From NCBI RefSeq assembly GCF_004010195.1, contig NC_057718.1, positions 97,699,300-97,763,299 of the forward strand: a stretch of DNA of 64,000 nt. The letters run 5' to 3'. A model generated the notes under the pieces. It made no database searches, had not been told where the DNA came from, and saw only the letters and a program-made list of their open reading frames with translations. This stretch comes from Chiloscyllium plagiosum (lineage: Eukaryota). Position 1 is the first letter of the stretch. Every line of letters begins with the position of its first letter. Positions 1 through 13,286 of this stretch are shown here, piece by piece. The position numbers were made by a program, and so were the translations under genes.

Positions 1-242
1 TTGTAATTTAAATCAATACAAGAAGCTGTTCTGCTCTGAACGTGAACATCTGATGCACTTTGTGAGTTTTGTTGCCTTTTCTGTGGGGTGGGTAATATCA
101 CAATCTGCCCTACACCCCCTACACCTTTGTATAATTCTGTCTCTGTGGTTGTTTTATCTCTGAAGTATATTTGCTGTCCCCTTAATCCTGCGCATCAGTG
201 TTGGCAGAAACCTATGGGATGGCAGTGAACTGTCTAAATGCA

Positions 243-372
243 TTAAAAACTGAAAGAACTGCTGATGCTGGACATCAAAAACAGAAACAAACATTGCTGG
301 AAAAGCTCAGCAGGTCTACAAGCATCTTTGGGGAGAAATTAGAGTTAACATTTCGGGTGACCCTTCCTCACA
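243..372 (-). mobile_element. Degenerate Penelope-like element terminal fragment
   Basis: gctgatgctgg...gctggaaaagctcagcaggtc core resembles the hairpin family. Minus strand has a decayed hammerhead-like tgaggaagggtcacccgaaatgtt. Confidence 0.5.
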
Positions 373-629
373 AATGCTTAATGTATTATTAGTTGACTTG
401 TGACGCTGTTGCTGACCATAATTTGGGATGTTACACAGGCTTTGTTGGTGTCACAACCATAGACATTGGTCCGAGTTTTCTGAGTAGGGTAGTGGTGAAC
501 ATCATGAGCCTGGACCAGCACCACTTACGTGTCAACATTTTCATGCTCAGGTGCCACAGAGAATTGACCCTGCCCCCAAAGTCTCGTGCTTGATGCCTCG
601 ATCATGCCCAGAGATTTGCTTCCTGACAA

Positions 630-2175
630 AAGTAGAGCAAGAATAGGCCATTTGGCCCTTCAGCTCTGCTTCTTCATTCAGAGTGACCACAGCTGGTCCT
701 CTGTCTCAGCAAATCACATCATAGAATCCTTACAGCATGGAAGCAGGCAATTGGCCTATTGAGTCCACACCGCCCCGTCCGAAAAATATCCCACCCAGAC
801 CCATCCCCTATCCCTGTAACTGCACATTCCCCATGACTGAGCCACATCCCTGGACACAATGGGGCACTTTACTGGGCTAATCCACCCTAACATGCACGTC
901 TTTGGACCGTGGGAGGAAACCGGAGCACACCCACGTAGACACGGGGAGAATGTGCAAACTCCACACAGACAGTCACCCGAGGCTGGAATCGAACCCAGGT
1001 CCCTGGTGCTGTGAGGTAGCAGTGCTAACCACTGAGCCACTGTATTCGTGATTTCTTCACATATTCCTTGATGCCATTAAAATCTAAAAAAAAATCTTTC
1101 TTTCTGAATATACTTGATCTCCACAGCCCTCTGTGGTAGAGAATTCAACAGGTTCTCAGTCCTTTGTGTGATAAAATGTTTCCTCATCTCAGTCCTAAAT
1201 GTATCCTTAGACTTTGACCCCTAGTTCTAGACTCCCCAGCCAGGAAAAACATCCTACATGCATGCAATCTTTGCAGCCCTGTGAGAATTTTCTGAGTTTC
1301 ACTCAGATCCCCTCTCATCCTTCTCATCTCAATATAAATGTCGGCCCAGTAATAGAGTCATAGAGATGTACAGCACAGAAACAGACCCTTCGATCCAACT
1401 CATCCATGCCAACCAGATATCCTAAACTGATCTAGTCCCATTTGTAGTATTTGACCCATATCCCTCTAAACCCTTCATATTCATATACCCATCCAGATGC
1501 CTTTTAAATGCTGGAATTGTACCAGCCTCCACCACTTCCTCTGGCAGGTCATTCCATACACACACCACCCTCTGTGTGAAAAAGTTGACCCTTAGGTCCT
1601 TTTATATCTTTTCCCTCTCACCTTAAGGCTATGCCCTCTAATTTTGAACTCCCCTATCCTGGGAAAAAGTCCTTGCTTATTCACCCTATCCATACTCTCA
1701 TGGTTTTATAAATCTTGATAAGATCATCGTTCAGCCTCCGACACTGCAGGGAAAATAGCCCCAGTATATTCAACTTCTCCCTGTCACTTAAACTCTTGTA
1801 AATTTTTTCTGCACCCTTTTAAGTTTAACAGGAGACCAATCTCCCTTCATAGGACAGTCCTGCCATCCCCAATATAAACCTAGTTAAACCTCTGTTGCAC
1901 TCCCTTAATGGCAAGTCAATCCTTTATTTGGTAGGGAGACCAAAGCTGCATGCAGTACTCTAGGTGAGGTCTCACCAAAGTAAGACATCCCTACTTCCAA
2001 ACTCTTGCAGTGAAAGCCAATATACCATTTGCCTTCCTAATTGCTCACTGCACCTGTCTGTCTATTTTTATTGACTGGTGCACAAGGACTCCTAGATCAC
2101 ATTGTACGACTACACGTCCCTACAGCTCACCATTTAAATAATACACTTCCTATTTATTTTTCACACCAAAGTGTA
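630..2175 (-). mobile_element. CR1 LINE 3' fragment interrupted by a V-SINE (720-1041) and a second CR1 3' end (~1352-1830)
   Basis: Typical CR1 3' ORF2/UTR sequence on the minus strand. The inner copy begins atagagtcatagagatgtacagc, the reverse complement of the CR1 tail. Confidence 0.8.
720..1041 (-). mobile_element. HE1-like V-SINE (tRNA-derived)
   Basis: Reverse strand reads gtggctcagtggttagcac (A box)...ggttcgattcc (B box), V-domain tgtgtggagtttgcacattctccccgtgtc, then a CR1-like tail. Confidence 0.9.
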
Positions 2176-2466
2176 CAACTTGACATGTGGGAGGTGATTG
2201 ACAGTGGAAGTTGGACTTGTCCTCTATCGTACACAAGATGTATTTAAAAGCCAAGTTGCACTAACCCTCCCACATCCCACACCCAGATCCCATTCCTCAC
2301 AAAAAAAATGCGACTCATATTTGAAATTGCTGTCAGTGGAGAATGCATTAGCCCCACCACCGAACTGAAGATCTGCCCCATTGCACGTTTCACTGAGAAA
2401 GTATAAACGCAGTCCTTTTAAAGAATGTCCAATCTCTCAATGCTGTTCTTCATGATTGTTTAGTCT

Positions 2467-2565
2467 ATTCCTGATGAAGGGCTTTTGCCCGAAACGTCGG
2501 TTTTCCTGCTCCTCGGATGCTGCCTGAACTGCTGTGCTTTTCCAGCACCACACTAATCCAGAATC
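2467..2565 (+). mobile_element. Penelope-like element end (solo) with minimal hammerhead motif
   Basis: attc-CTGATGA-a-gggc-tttt-gccc-GAAA-cgtc at 2467-2498, followed by the family tail. Confidence 0.75.
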
Positions 2566-2924
2566 CTAGAAAGGTCACGTCAATGCAATTCTCAAGAAAA
2601 TATCTGCTGAATGCAGAATTCTGCTATCCATCATAATTCTAATCGTCACTGTTTCACTCATGGAACAATTGCCACAAAATTGACAAACACATGATATTTT
2701 AGGCTGATGTGTGGAGACTGGAAAAACTGGGATTGTTCTCCTTACAGCCGTGAAAGTTCAGAGGAACTTTCATCGAGGTGTTCAGAATTATGTGGGGATT
2801 CGGATAGAATAGATGGTGGCCTGAGGATCAATAATTAGAGGACACAATTCTAAAAGGATTGACGAAAGGACCAAGTAGGAAATGAGGTGTTTTTTTTCAA
2901 CACAGCGTGTTATGGTTTCAAATG

Positions 2925-3170
2925 GTTTAGATTAGATTAGATTAGTTTAGACTCCCTACAGTGTAAAAACAGGCCCTTCGGCCCAACTAGTGCACACCAA
3001 CCCTCTGAAGAGTAACCCACCCAGACCCATTCCCTGTATTTACCCCTGCACCTAACTCTATGGGCAATTTAGTCTGACCAATTCACCCTAACCTGCACAT
3101 CTTTGGACTGTGGGAGGAAACTGGAGTACCCAGAGGAAACCCATGCAGACATGGGGAGAATGTGCAAACA
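2925..3170 (-). mobile_element. HE1-like V-SINE, 5'-truncated
   Basis: (ttaga)n tail plus V-domain on the minus strand. Confidence 0.85.
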
Positions 3171-4205
3171 ATGATGGAACCAGATTCGATAGTGACTTTC
3201 AAAAGGGAATTGGATGTATAAACAATTGTGCACTCGTACAGCACTTGAATGTTGATGAAAAGAGTGATGTGTGGCCAGATCTTAACCACCGTGCCCTCTT
3301 CAGGACAAATGCAAGAATGTCACATTTCAGACCATCACAACAACTTATACTGCAGGAGGAAAGGATGTTGATTGGTTGGCACGTTGACATCGTTTGGCCA
3401 AAGCATTCTCATGGACAATCAGCCAAGCTTGCAATGCAGCTCATTTACACCTGCAATGTGTATTCAAATGCAGAGACCCATTCTCTGTAAACAAAAGGAA
3501 AATGTTCAAGCCTTGCATCTTTCTTTTTGACTCACAAGTAGCATTGGGAGTCCATAGTTCTTTACTATTTTCTCCATGGCAATGCCCCAACCAATCAACA
3601 TCCTTTCCTCCCACAGTACAAGTCGTGCTGGTCTGAGACGTGGCATTCTTCACATCCTTTCTGAAACATGCAAGTTGTAAATCTTCAGCAATGAGATACT
3701 CTCTTCAGCATGTTCAATTTGAAGATATCCTTCGGAATTGCTGGGATATGGTGAACATACAGAAGAGTGGGAATGGTTTTTCAAAATATCGCTTGCAAAG
3801 GATAAAATTGATGTATTAGGCTTAGACAAAGGTGCGTTTTGATGAATAGAACAATGGCTAAAAACATTGAAGGTATTGTGAAGATGGTTAACATAAAGGA
3901 TGTTTACTTTTCTGGCCTTTTGTGCACAGGAAGTTAGATCTACGATTGTAGAGGACACATTAGCTGTAGACTGATTGAATAATAGTCACAGTTGTGAATT
4001 GTATCTGAGCATCACTGAACTAATTCTTTGTAACCTCATGTTCAGTTCACATGACTGACTCAGAACATTAAGGATTATTCTTTTCAAAGATCTGTCACTT
4101 GAATTTGTACTGACGCTGTCGTGCTAGAGATTAATACAGGCAGACCAAACAAATGTATCGTGCATTGAATTCAACACCTGAACACATTTTACTATCTGAT
4201 TGCAG

Positions 4206-4263
4206 GGAGAAGACTGAAATCATCCGATCTTACATTCATGAAGTGGTGCAGTCAATCAAAAGG
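4206..4263 (+). CDS. PLCB1: PLCB1 internal coding exon (58 nt), distal C-terminal coiled-coil domain
   Basis: ttgcag|G acceptor and AGG|gtacgt donor. After a 1-nt codon remainder it encodes EKTEIIRSYIHEVVQSIKR, matching mammalian PLCB1 EKTEMIRSYIQEVVQYIKR as recalled. Confidence 0.95.
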
Positions 4264-4284
4264 GTACGTAGCAAATATTGTTTT

Positions 4285-4597
4285 ATAGAATCCGGACAGT
4301 GTGGAAATAGGCCCTTTGGCCCACGACCCCCCCAAACCCATTCCCATTATCCTTTATTCACCCCTGACTAATGCATCTCACCTACACATCCCTGAACACT
4401 GTGGGCAATTTAGCATGGCCAATTCACCATAACCTGCACATCTTTGCATTGTGGGAGGAAACTGAAGCACACAGAGGAAACCCACGCAGACACGGGGAGA
4501 ACGTGCAAACTCCACACAGATAGTTACCCCTGAAGCTGGAATCAAACCTGGATCCCTGGTACTGTGAGGCAGCAGTGCTAACCACTGAGCCACAGTG
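4285..4597 (-). mobile_element. HE1-like V-SINE
   Basis: tRNA head and V-domain on the minus strand, starting ~20 nt after the exon donor. Confidence 0.9.
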
Positions 4598-4969
4598 CTA
4601 CCCAGTAGATTTCAAGTCTATGTCCCTCAAGCTGAGGCTTTGTAAATGCTTTACCTTTTCTGATGCCCTTTTGAAGGTGACAGAACCTGATGTTTTTCTA
4701 TTTTTGGTCAATGCCATCAGGGATCCCACTGTGAGGCTGGAGGTATAGCTCTCTATGTATAACCTCAAACAACCTCCTGGTCCCAATACTAAAACAATGG
4801 ATATGTTTTATATCCATTGCCCTATTACAGACATATTCGGAGTCTGTGTACTTGACAGTGGTGAGTCATAGAGAATTGTGTTCAGTCATTGAATAGGTTG
4901 TTGTCTTTGATTCCCTCCCATGTCCCTTTTTGCATATTTTGGACAGCTTCAATGTGAATGTAAACATTT

Positions 4970-5246
4970 TAGATTAGATTACTTACAGTGTGGACACAGG
5001 CCCTTCAGCCCAACAAGTTCACACCAACCCTCCGAAGACAACCCACCCAGACCCATTCCCCTACACCTAACAGTACAGGCAATTTAGCATGGCCAATTCA
5101 CCTAACCTGCACATCTTTGGACTGTGGGAGGAAACCCACGCAGACACAGGGAGAATGTGCAAACTCCACACAGACAGTCGCCCGAGGCTGGAATTGAACC
5201 CGGATCTCTGGCGCTGTGAGGCAGCAGTGCTAACCACTGTGCCACC
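4970..5246 (-). mobile_element. HE1-like V-SINE
   Basis: Head, V-domain and (ttaga)n tail. Confidence 0.9.
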
Positions 5247-5484
5247 CTTCCAATCAACCTCTGGAGCAGGTGGGGACTTGAACCCAGGCCTCCTGTCTGA
5301 GAGGTAGGGTCATTACCACTGCATCACATTCATTGTTCACCTCATGGTGATTAGTTTGTACCGTGTCAATTTAAAAGTTTATTTAGACATAAGGCCTTAT
5401 CAACCTATTCTGTTTATTTTTGTTGCAATGCTGCCACACATTTTTCTGAATGGACTGCTGCTTGAGAGCTCTCCTAACCCTATT

Positions 5485-5805
5485 ATTCATTCATGGGATG
5501 AGGGGGTCTCTGGCCAGGTCAGCATTTATTGTCCATTCCTAATTACCCAGAGGGCAGTTAAGAGTAACTACTTTGCTGTGAGTCTAGAGCCACATGTAGG
5601 CCAGACCAGGTAAGGACGGCAGATTTCTTAATGTCTACGGTCATTAATGAGCCAGGTGGGTTTTCACAACTATCAACAATTCTTGCTAGACCTTTTGTTC
5701 CAGATTGTTTGTTAATGAATTCAACACGTTGTGTTGGGTTTTGAACCCATGCCTCCAAAACACTTAGACTGGGTTCTGGATTGGTAGACCAGTGACATTA
5801 TCAGT
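5485..5805 (-). mobile_element. SacSINE1-like DeuSINE
   Basis: Reverse complement contains ccttacctggtctggcctacatgtg...ctcttaactgccctctg...caataaatgctg, as in the other copies. Confidence 0.7.
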
Positions 5806-5924
5806 ATATCTGATTAAAAGGCATTGTAAAATTTATGCAGTCTTCAGCAGCAGTGGGCATCTGGAACATTGGTGATGGACAATAAATGCCTAGCCAGAAA
5901 CACCCTCATCCCGCGAATGAATAA

Positions 5925-6745
5925 AATAAGACAGGACGCCACTGGATAGGCTGTTCAGCCCAGGATGTCTTTGCTGACCATGCTGCCATTCTAAGATCAT
6001 CCCACTTGCCTGCACGTGATCTATATCCCCCTATGCCCTGCCTGTACATGTGCCTGTCTAAATGCCTATTAAATGTTGTTATCATATCTGCTCCCAGCAC
6101 CTTCCCTGGCACCATGTTTCAGGCACCTATGAACCTCTGTGTAAAAAACGTGCCTTGCACATCTCCTTTAAACTTTCCCCCTTGCACGGTGACTCATTGG
6201 TTAGCGTTGTTGCCTCACAGCACATGGGACCCAGGTTCGATTCCAGCTTCGGATGACTGTCTATGTGGAATTTGCATATTCTCCCCTTGTCTGAGTGGAT
6301 TTCCTCTGGGCGCTCCAGTTCCCACCCACGGTCCAAAGCTGTGCAGGTTAGGGTGGACTGGCCAGGCTAAATTGCCCATAGTGTTCAGGAATGTGTGGAC
6401 TGGGTACATTAGTCATAGGTAAATGTAGGGGAAGAGGTCTGAGTGGGACTTTGGAGGATTGGTGTGGACCTATTGGGCCAAAGGGCCTGTTTCCACACTA
6501 TAGGGATTCCATGATGCACGTTGAACCTATGCCCTCGAGTATTTGAGATTTCCACCCTGGGAGAAAAGACTCCAACTACCAAGCCTCTGATAATTTTATA
6601 TACTTTTATCAGGTTGCCCCTCAGCCTCTGAAGCTCGGGTGAAAATAATCCAAATTTGTCCAACCTCTCCTTGTCGCTAAAACACTCCAATCCCGGTGCC
6701 ATCTTGGTAAACCTCTTTTCAATGCTCTCCAATGCGGCCATAGGC
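5925..6745 (-). mobile_element. CR1 3' fragment with nested + strand V-SINE (~6183-6512)
   Basis: Minus ORF LESIEKRFTKMAPGLECFSDKERLDKFGLFS is CR1 ORF2 C-terminus. CR1 continues on both sides of the SINE. Confidence 0.85.
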
Positions 6746-7624
6746 CTCCTGTAGGAAGGCAGAAGGATGCCAGTTCCTCTTTCCTGTTTTAAGTCGGGAA
6801 GATTTGGGGAAAAAAAACTTTAAGCCTTTGGTGTTCTTATGTACAAATTATATGAACTGATTGTACGATGTGTTTGCAAACAACTGTTGAGCACTATTTG
6901 CTAACCCTGCAGTGACTGTATCTGATTACTGTATGTGGACAATTTCATCAAGAATCATATTTACACAGCATTCTGACTGCCAAAGGGAGAATTAAACAGA
7001 CAAAGACATGAAGTGAAACAGTGTGTATAAATAGGATATATGCATATATATAAAAAATAAGGAAAGGTAACTGATGCATATCAATGAAGAAGACAATCAT
7101 CTCAACTAATCGTGGGTTCCAGCTTTGTTCTCATTCTGGCTTCACCTGTGTGTCCAGCAGAGGGAGCCAGCTCCACAGGGAATGATATTCTTCATTTGAT
7201 GGGCCCTGACTGATAAAGTACAGGGTCTGTAGAGAACGAAGCTAAGACTGAAGAGAAAGCTGATCACGTGGATCTTCTGAAAGGTCGTGTTTCTCTGGAA
7301 AATGAATCACATCCACTCCCCAGCAGGATTATCAATCTTGAGTATTTTTGCTGGGTCTTATAAAACAGAGCCAAGTCTGAGAAGACCTGAGACACTCCAT
7401 CTCTGCCAATTCCCGCTCCGTGCCCTTCCTGGGAAATGTTTGCCCCCTTTGGTTGTTGTTCCCACAAAAGGTGCTTCCCACTAACTGGCGGACAGCCTCC
7501 CATTTTCAGGTTGGCAGAAATCAGCCATTCTGGTCACTTGGCATTTTGCTTCAATGACATCAAGGGCATTTTGATTCTTCAATCTGATTTGATCTGTGTC
7601 TTTGCTAACCTTCATTTTAGAATT

Positions 7625-7948
7625 ATAGAATGCCAACAGCGCAGAGAGAGGCCATTCAGCCAATTAAGTCTGCACTGACCCTCCAAACAGCATCCCACCC
7701 ATCCCTATCCCCGTAACCCCATATTTCCGTGGCTAACCCACCTAGCCTGCACATCCCTGGATATTATGCAAATCCCTGGATATTATGGCCAATCCACCCT
7801 AACCTGCACATCTTCGGGCTGTGGGAGGAAACTGGAGTACCCGGGGGAAATCCACGCAGACGCTGGGAGAACGTGCACTGACACACAGTTACCTGAGGGT
7901 TGTGTTGAACTGGTGCTGTGAGGCAGCAGTGCTAACCACTGAGCCATC
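7625..7948 (-). mobile_element. HE1-like V-SINE
   Basis: Head and V-domain on the minus strand. Confidence 0.85.
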
Positions 7949-8285
7949 CATTGCTCTGTAAACAAAATGTTTGGCAAGCACGTTTGTGGAAGATAATACA
8001 GGTATTTTTGCTAGCATGGGACTGTTGGGCCAAATGGCCTGTTTCTCAGAGCCTGTGTAAGCTTGAACGCAAACCATTTGGTGTGGGTCCATCAGAAACG
8101 CAGTGTCTTTGACCCTTTATTGAATCTCCAGTTTGGGTGTATCAAGCTTAACCTGACCCTGTCAAATCTTATTTCAAAGTTAGGTTGGACCCTACACTGT
8201 ACATCTTGCTCACGCTGACAACTGTCTGTTTCAGCAACATCCAAGAAATCCCATTTTGGCTTCAGTTTCACTGCCACACATACCC

Positions 8286-8578
8286 CAAAGTTAAAAATCT
8301 CACAACACCAGGTTATAGTCCAACAGGTTTATTTGGAAGCACTAGCTTTCAAAACGCTGCTCCTTCATCAGGTAGCTGTGGGGAGCAGGATCATAAGACA
8401 CAGAATTTATAGCAATCGTTATAAATTCTGTGTCTTATGATCCTGCTCCCCACAGCTACCTGGTAAAGGAGCAGCCCTCCGAAAGCTAGTGCTTCCAAAT
8501 AAACCTGTTGGACTATAACCTGGTGTTGTGAGATTTTTAACTTTGTCCACCCCAGATCAACGTTGGCACCTCCAAATG
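8286..8578. mobile_element. Penelope-like hairpin element, family B (inverted arms ~8286-8411 and ~8420-8545 plus tail)
   Basis: ~125-bp inverted repeat. Arm consensus cctgatgaaggagcagcgctccgaaagcta is hammerhead-like. Flanking duplication acacata(c/g)ccca at 8276-8287 and 8579-8590. Confidence 0.75.
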
Positions 8579-9506
8579 ACACATAGCCCACTCACTGAAA
8601 TGGCCACATCGAAATTCCACACCCATTTGGAACTGATCCAACTTTGTTCCCTTGCACTGATTTTGTTTGTCTCACTCGCCATTGGCTAGAACAGGGAATT
8701 TACAAACTCCGTGTCCTATGTGATCCTTGGCTGAGCCTCCAACACTCATCATCTTTGTTTTGTAAAGAACGACTTCCTTTCACCTCCATTAGAAAACACC
8801 TTTCTGCCTCCAGCCTGTGCTAATCTGCTGCTGGAGCAGGCATGGATGCTTTTGACACTTGCAGACACACAGTATTAAAAGTAGTCGCGTGGTCACATAT
8901 TGCTAAGAAAAAAAACTTTCTGACTTGCACTCATCGGGGCAATTCACAGGCTTAGCCATGTAGAGAGAAAATAAGTGCAAGAGAGAAGACTGCTGATTGG
9001 TTGGCAAGTGGATTCTGATTGGCAGAGGCATTGCTATGGAGAGTGCAGCAGTTAGATGACTGACGAGTTTCACTTAAATAACTAAATCAGGCTGGTTGAC
9101 TCTGATTTATCAAAGCATTACCCTGAGAAATGAGCCAGAGAGTAGCTGTTACTTGTTTTATTGAGTCACAACAGGGCCTTGTATATGTAACTTGCAGTAT
9201 ACCCATGTGTACCACACAACAAACCCGACTGACGGTCCTAATGTGGTTCCCAGTGTATCGCTTCACACCTTCCGGATTATTTGGCAAGTTCTGTACAATC
9301 GTGGAATCACATCTAATATTGGACAATTTGGTTTGGGTTTTGCAACTCCCTCCCCAATAGTATTGTGAGTGGTCCTGCACGCCAAGGACTGCAATGATTA
9401 AGAAAACAGCTTATCAATGCCCTGTCCAGGGAAATTAGGAATTGACGTTGAATGCTGACCTCACCAGCAATGCCCACAGTATATGGACAAATAATCTAAC
9501 AAAATT

Positions 9507-9825
9507 AGGGCGGCACGGTGGCTCAGTGGTTAGCACTGCGGCCTCCCAGCACCAGGCACCCGGGTTAGATTCCAGCCTCAGGCGACTGTGTGGAGTTTGC
9601 ACGTTCTCCCCGTGTCTGTGTGGGTTACCTCTGGGTGCACCAGTTTCCTCCCACAGTCCAAAGATGTGCAGGTTAGGTGGATTGTCCATGATAATTGCCC
9701 GTAGTGTCCAAGGATGTGCAGTTTAGATGGATTAGCCGTGGGAAATACAGAATAAGTGGGTGGGGTACTCTCCAGAGGATCAGTGTGGACTCAATGGGTT
9801 GAATGATTTGCTTCCATACTATTCT
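9507..9825 (+). mobile_element. HE1-like V-SINE
   Basis: gggcggcacggtggctcagtggttagcactgc head, V-domain and tail. Confidence 0.9.
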
Positions 9826-9905
9826 GTACTGCCAAGCAATGTTCATCTGACTGGTATTCCATGCAGCACCTTAATCTTGGCCTCTTGACTACTAGACAAA
9901 TGGCG

Positions 9906-10004
9906 AGATGGAAATGTGTTGCTGGAAAAGCGCAGCAGGTCAGGCAGCATCTAGGGAACAGGAGAATCGACGTTTCGGGCATTAGCCTTCTTCAGGAATT
10001 TGTC
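9906..10004 (-). mobile_element. Penelope-like element end (solo) with 17-bp target duplication
   Basis: ctactagacaaatggcg at 9889-9905 and 10005-10021. Minus strand reads attcctgaagaaggctaatgcccgaaacgtcgatt. Confidence 0.8.
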
Positions 10005-10149
10005 CTACTAGACAAATGGCGCCAACATCAGTCCTCCTGAGGTTGACCATTTGCATTATGGGATATTGACCAACCCTGCACAGATGGATTTAGAGCATCC
10101 TGATCTTTCACAGCCTAATTCCAACACACACTGGGGATTACGCCCAGAG

Positions 10150-10456
10150 TAGCCTCACTCTAGTGGATGCAATGATAATATTGTTAATCCAGAAGCACAT
10201 TCTGGGAGAGTGTGTGTTCCAATCCCACTGTGGCAGAGGGTGGTAATTTGAGTTCAAAGAAAAGAAAAGTCTGAAACTAAAAAACACTACCGTGTAAGCA
10301 ATTGTATAAAAACCCATCTGGTTCATTTTTGTTTGGGAAGGAAATCTAGTTTAACCTACATGTGATTCCAAACTCTCAGTAATGTGTTTAACCCTTAACT
10401 CCCAGCAGGGCAATTAGGGGTGGACAATGAATGTTGGTCTGACCAGCAATGCCCAC
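10150..10456 (+). mobile_element. SacSINE1-like DeuSINE (diverged)
   Basis: aaaacccatctggttca...gggaaggaaatct...ggcaattagggg...caatgaatgttgg. Confidence 0.6.
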
Positions 10457-11339
10457 AAAAAGGTCAAAGGGCATGCTCATCAAAAAGGTCAAAGGGCACG
10501 TCACCAGGTTGCACCAATGGGCCACACTGAGTGACCATGACATCACCTCCGGTGTTGCTATAGAGAGGAGGTTCACTTCCACAGAGAAACATGAACCAAT
10601 GCAGAGATGAAAGAATGAAATGGCATTAACCTCTGCAGAAATGAATATCTTGCAAGTTGTATTTTTAACCTGGAATCTGCATCAGTTCACAGGATCCTTC
10701 GTTCCCAAAATGTTTAAATCAGAACCATCTGTCTCAGCCTGAAAAAGCAAAATGAGGAATGTGGGCTGTTTATTTTGGGAGACACTCTAATGTGGCTTCC
10801 TTATGAGGCTGGAGACATTTCAATGACGTAAACAGAACAGGGGATCATTTTTCAGCCGTAACTGTGAACGTTTTGAAAGAGTGAAATTCTGACAAGCAAC
10901 GTTCATAATGAGGTGTTTTTGCGGTGAGTTTTGAAGTTACCATGAAAATGCCTCCTTCTGAACCTCTCCCCTCGCCTGTGGTGTGGTGACCCCCAGGTTA
11001 AAGTCACCACCAGTTGTCCCTCTCACTCTACGAGAGAGCAGCCCTTTGGTCTGATGGGACTATGACGATTACCAAGAGCAATAACAAACATTTTAACATG
11101 TGGCAGACTTAATGGCCATGGCTTACACACGAGTTTTAAACAGGAAATGCAAAACATAGAAAGTATGAGAACTTTTTTTCTTCCAGGTAAGTTCAGTTGT
11201 GTCAGAAATTGTTATTTGGGTGGAAACATGTAACCATATGATGTGGGCTACAACATCTCATCGCGCCTGTACTGCCTTTGAGATCGTATGCACTGTCCAC
11301 TTCGGCCAGACACCATTGACACTTTTTGTAGTCACTTAT

Positions 11340-11620
11340 GGAATGTGGGCATTGCTGGGCAATATTTATTGCCCATCCCTAGTTGCCTTCTTGAACCCGT
11401 TGCAGTCCACCTGCTGTACACAGATCCACAAATAGGGAGTGAATTCCAGGATGTTGACCCAGTGACAGTGAAGGGACAGCAATATATTTGCAAGGCAGGA
11501 TGGTGATTGGCTTGGGGGAGAACTTGCCGGTGACGATGTTCCCATGTATCTGCTGCTGTTGACCTTCTAGGTGCTAATGGACATAGGTTTGGAAGGTGGT
11601 GTCTAAGGCTCATTGGTGAT
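11340..11620 (-). mobile_element. LINE (CR1/L2 group) 3' end sharing its tail with the DeuSINE
   Basis: Reverse complement ends aaggcaactagggatgggcaataaatattgcccagcaatgcccacattcc. Confidence 0.6.
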
Positions 11621-12744
11621 GCTGCTGCTGATGGTGACAGACACTTGTGGTTGTGAGTTGGAGAGTTACCTCAATAGGTGGTTGCTACTTTTCAAATCGA
11701 ACTTTGACATCTGTTGGAGGGATTTTGTTTTTTCCATTTCTAATGGAAAGGACCATCAACTTCAAAGCTAATAACAAAAACCCCTGGAGTTAGGGTAGAG
11801 GGTTTAGTCTAGGTGGGATGCTGTTTGGAGGGTCACTGTGGACTAATGGGCCAAATAATCTGCTTCCACACTGTAGGGATTCTACTCTGAGCTTCCACTA
11901 CAGTACTCAGACATATAGTAGCTGCGTTTGTGTGAGCCACCATGGCTACAGTCACAAGAGGGTGAATGGATTGGCCTAGCACTTCCATGTTGGAAAGCAT
12001 GGTCTCCCAGCTCTATGCCAAGTGTTGTATGATGGTGTAGATTCCACATCAGACTGGCCTGTCCTTTTCAGGCATCACAACATGTAATATTCCAATATTC
12101 CACCTGAACTTCAATCATCCGCTTGTATAGCAGTTATCTATCTATAATTTACAATAAGATCAATAAATACAGAATTCAGACTTTAAGTTTGTGATATTGC
12201 AGCCTAATAAATAAACTTCAAGATATCTGTGTCACAAGAACCCTACTCTGCCGTATACTTACATGGACTAACACAGAAAACCTGAAACTGCATCACTATG
12301 CCCCGTGTCAAGTTTGCACTAGACTTCTTGCTGACGGTGACCCCAGCTTTTCTGACAGGCTTCAAAATGCAAGGGAGAGCGAAGTGCTAGTTTGATGCGT
12401 TGAAGAGCTTGCAGTGTGTGAGCCTTTTGTTAAGTGCATGAGGCTGTATTGGGGAATATGAATGTTGGATGAGTTGGAGTCCTGATTATTACAGATAGGT
12501 GGCGTATTGACCTCCATGACTACTGCACTATCCAATTCCTCTTCGCCCAGGTCTCCAGTGTAGTATCATGCTCTCTCTTGTGTTTTCATTGATTCCCTGG
12601 TCAGATTTGCTTCTTGCCTGACTACCAGCGCTTATTCCAGTCACATTGTACTTCTGTCAAAGAGGGGTCAGGTGGTTCTAAGTGGGGCTTAAATGGCAAA
12701 TTTTAGGGACCCTCCAAGTGAAAATGCTCAGCCTTCCACCAGAT

Positions 12745-13022
12745 AGAATCTCTACAGGTCATCAAGTCCACATTGACCCTTTGAAGAGCATCCTGCCCAG
12801 ACTCACACACCAACCCTACCCCTGTAACCCCACATTTCCCTTACCTAAGCATACTAGCCTACACATCTCTGGACACTGTGGGTAATTTAGCATAGCCAAT
12901 CCACCTATTGTTGGTCTGTGGGAGGAAATCGGAGCACCCAGAGGAAACCCATACAGTCACCCAAGGCTGGAATTGAACCCAGGTCCCTGTGAGGCAGCAG
13001 TGCTAGCCACTGAGCCACCGTG
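12745..13022 (-). mobile_element. HE1-like V-SINE (internally deleted)
   Basis: Head at ~12960-13022 plus tail. Confidence 0.8.
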
Positions 13023-13286
13023 TCTCACAAATAACTGAGGAGCAGCAGGACAGGCAAAGACATGTTGATGGTGAGAATGCATCACCTGAGCTGCAGTGCT
13101 GTCTGCATTTTGTTAAACAGTCTCCTGCTAATCACAGTTTGCGATCCCTGTGACTCTCGGGTGCGATTTTTCTAACATAGCCCGTCAGACACCCTTGTCG
13201 TGTGTGATCGTGTCTTACCACTAATCTGGAATGAATCATCACTCTTTCCACAGATGGCACTTCACATTTGTTTCTTGTTTCCCCAG

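Noticed and set aside
1..4205. Further upstream PLCB1 exons
   Set aside because: No sequence encoding the expected preceding lysine-rich segment was found. It is presumably upstream of the window.
9507..9580. tRNA-like sequences at SINE heads
   Set aside because: They continue into the V-domain and LINE-like tail, so they are SINE promoters rather than tRNA genes.
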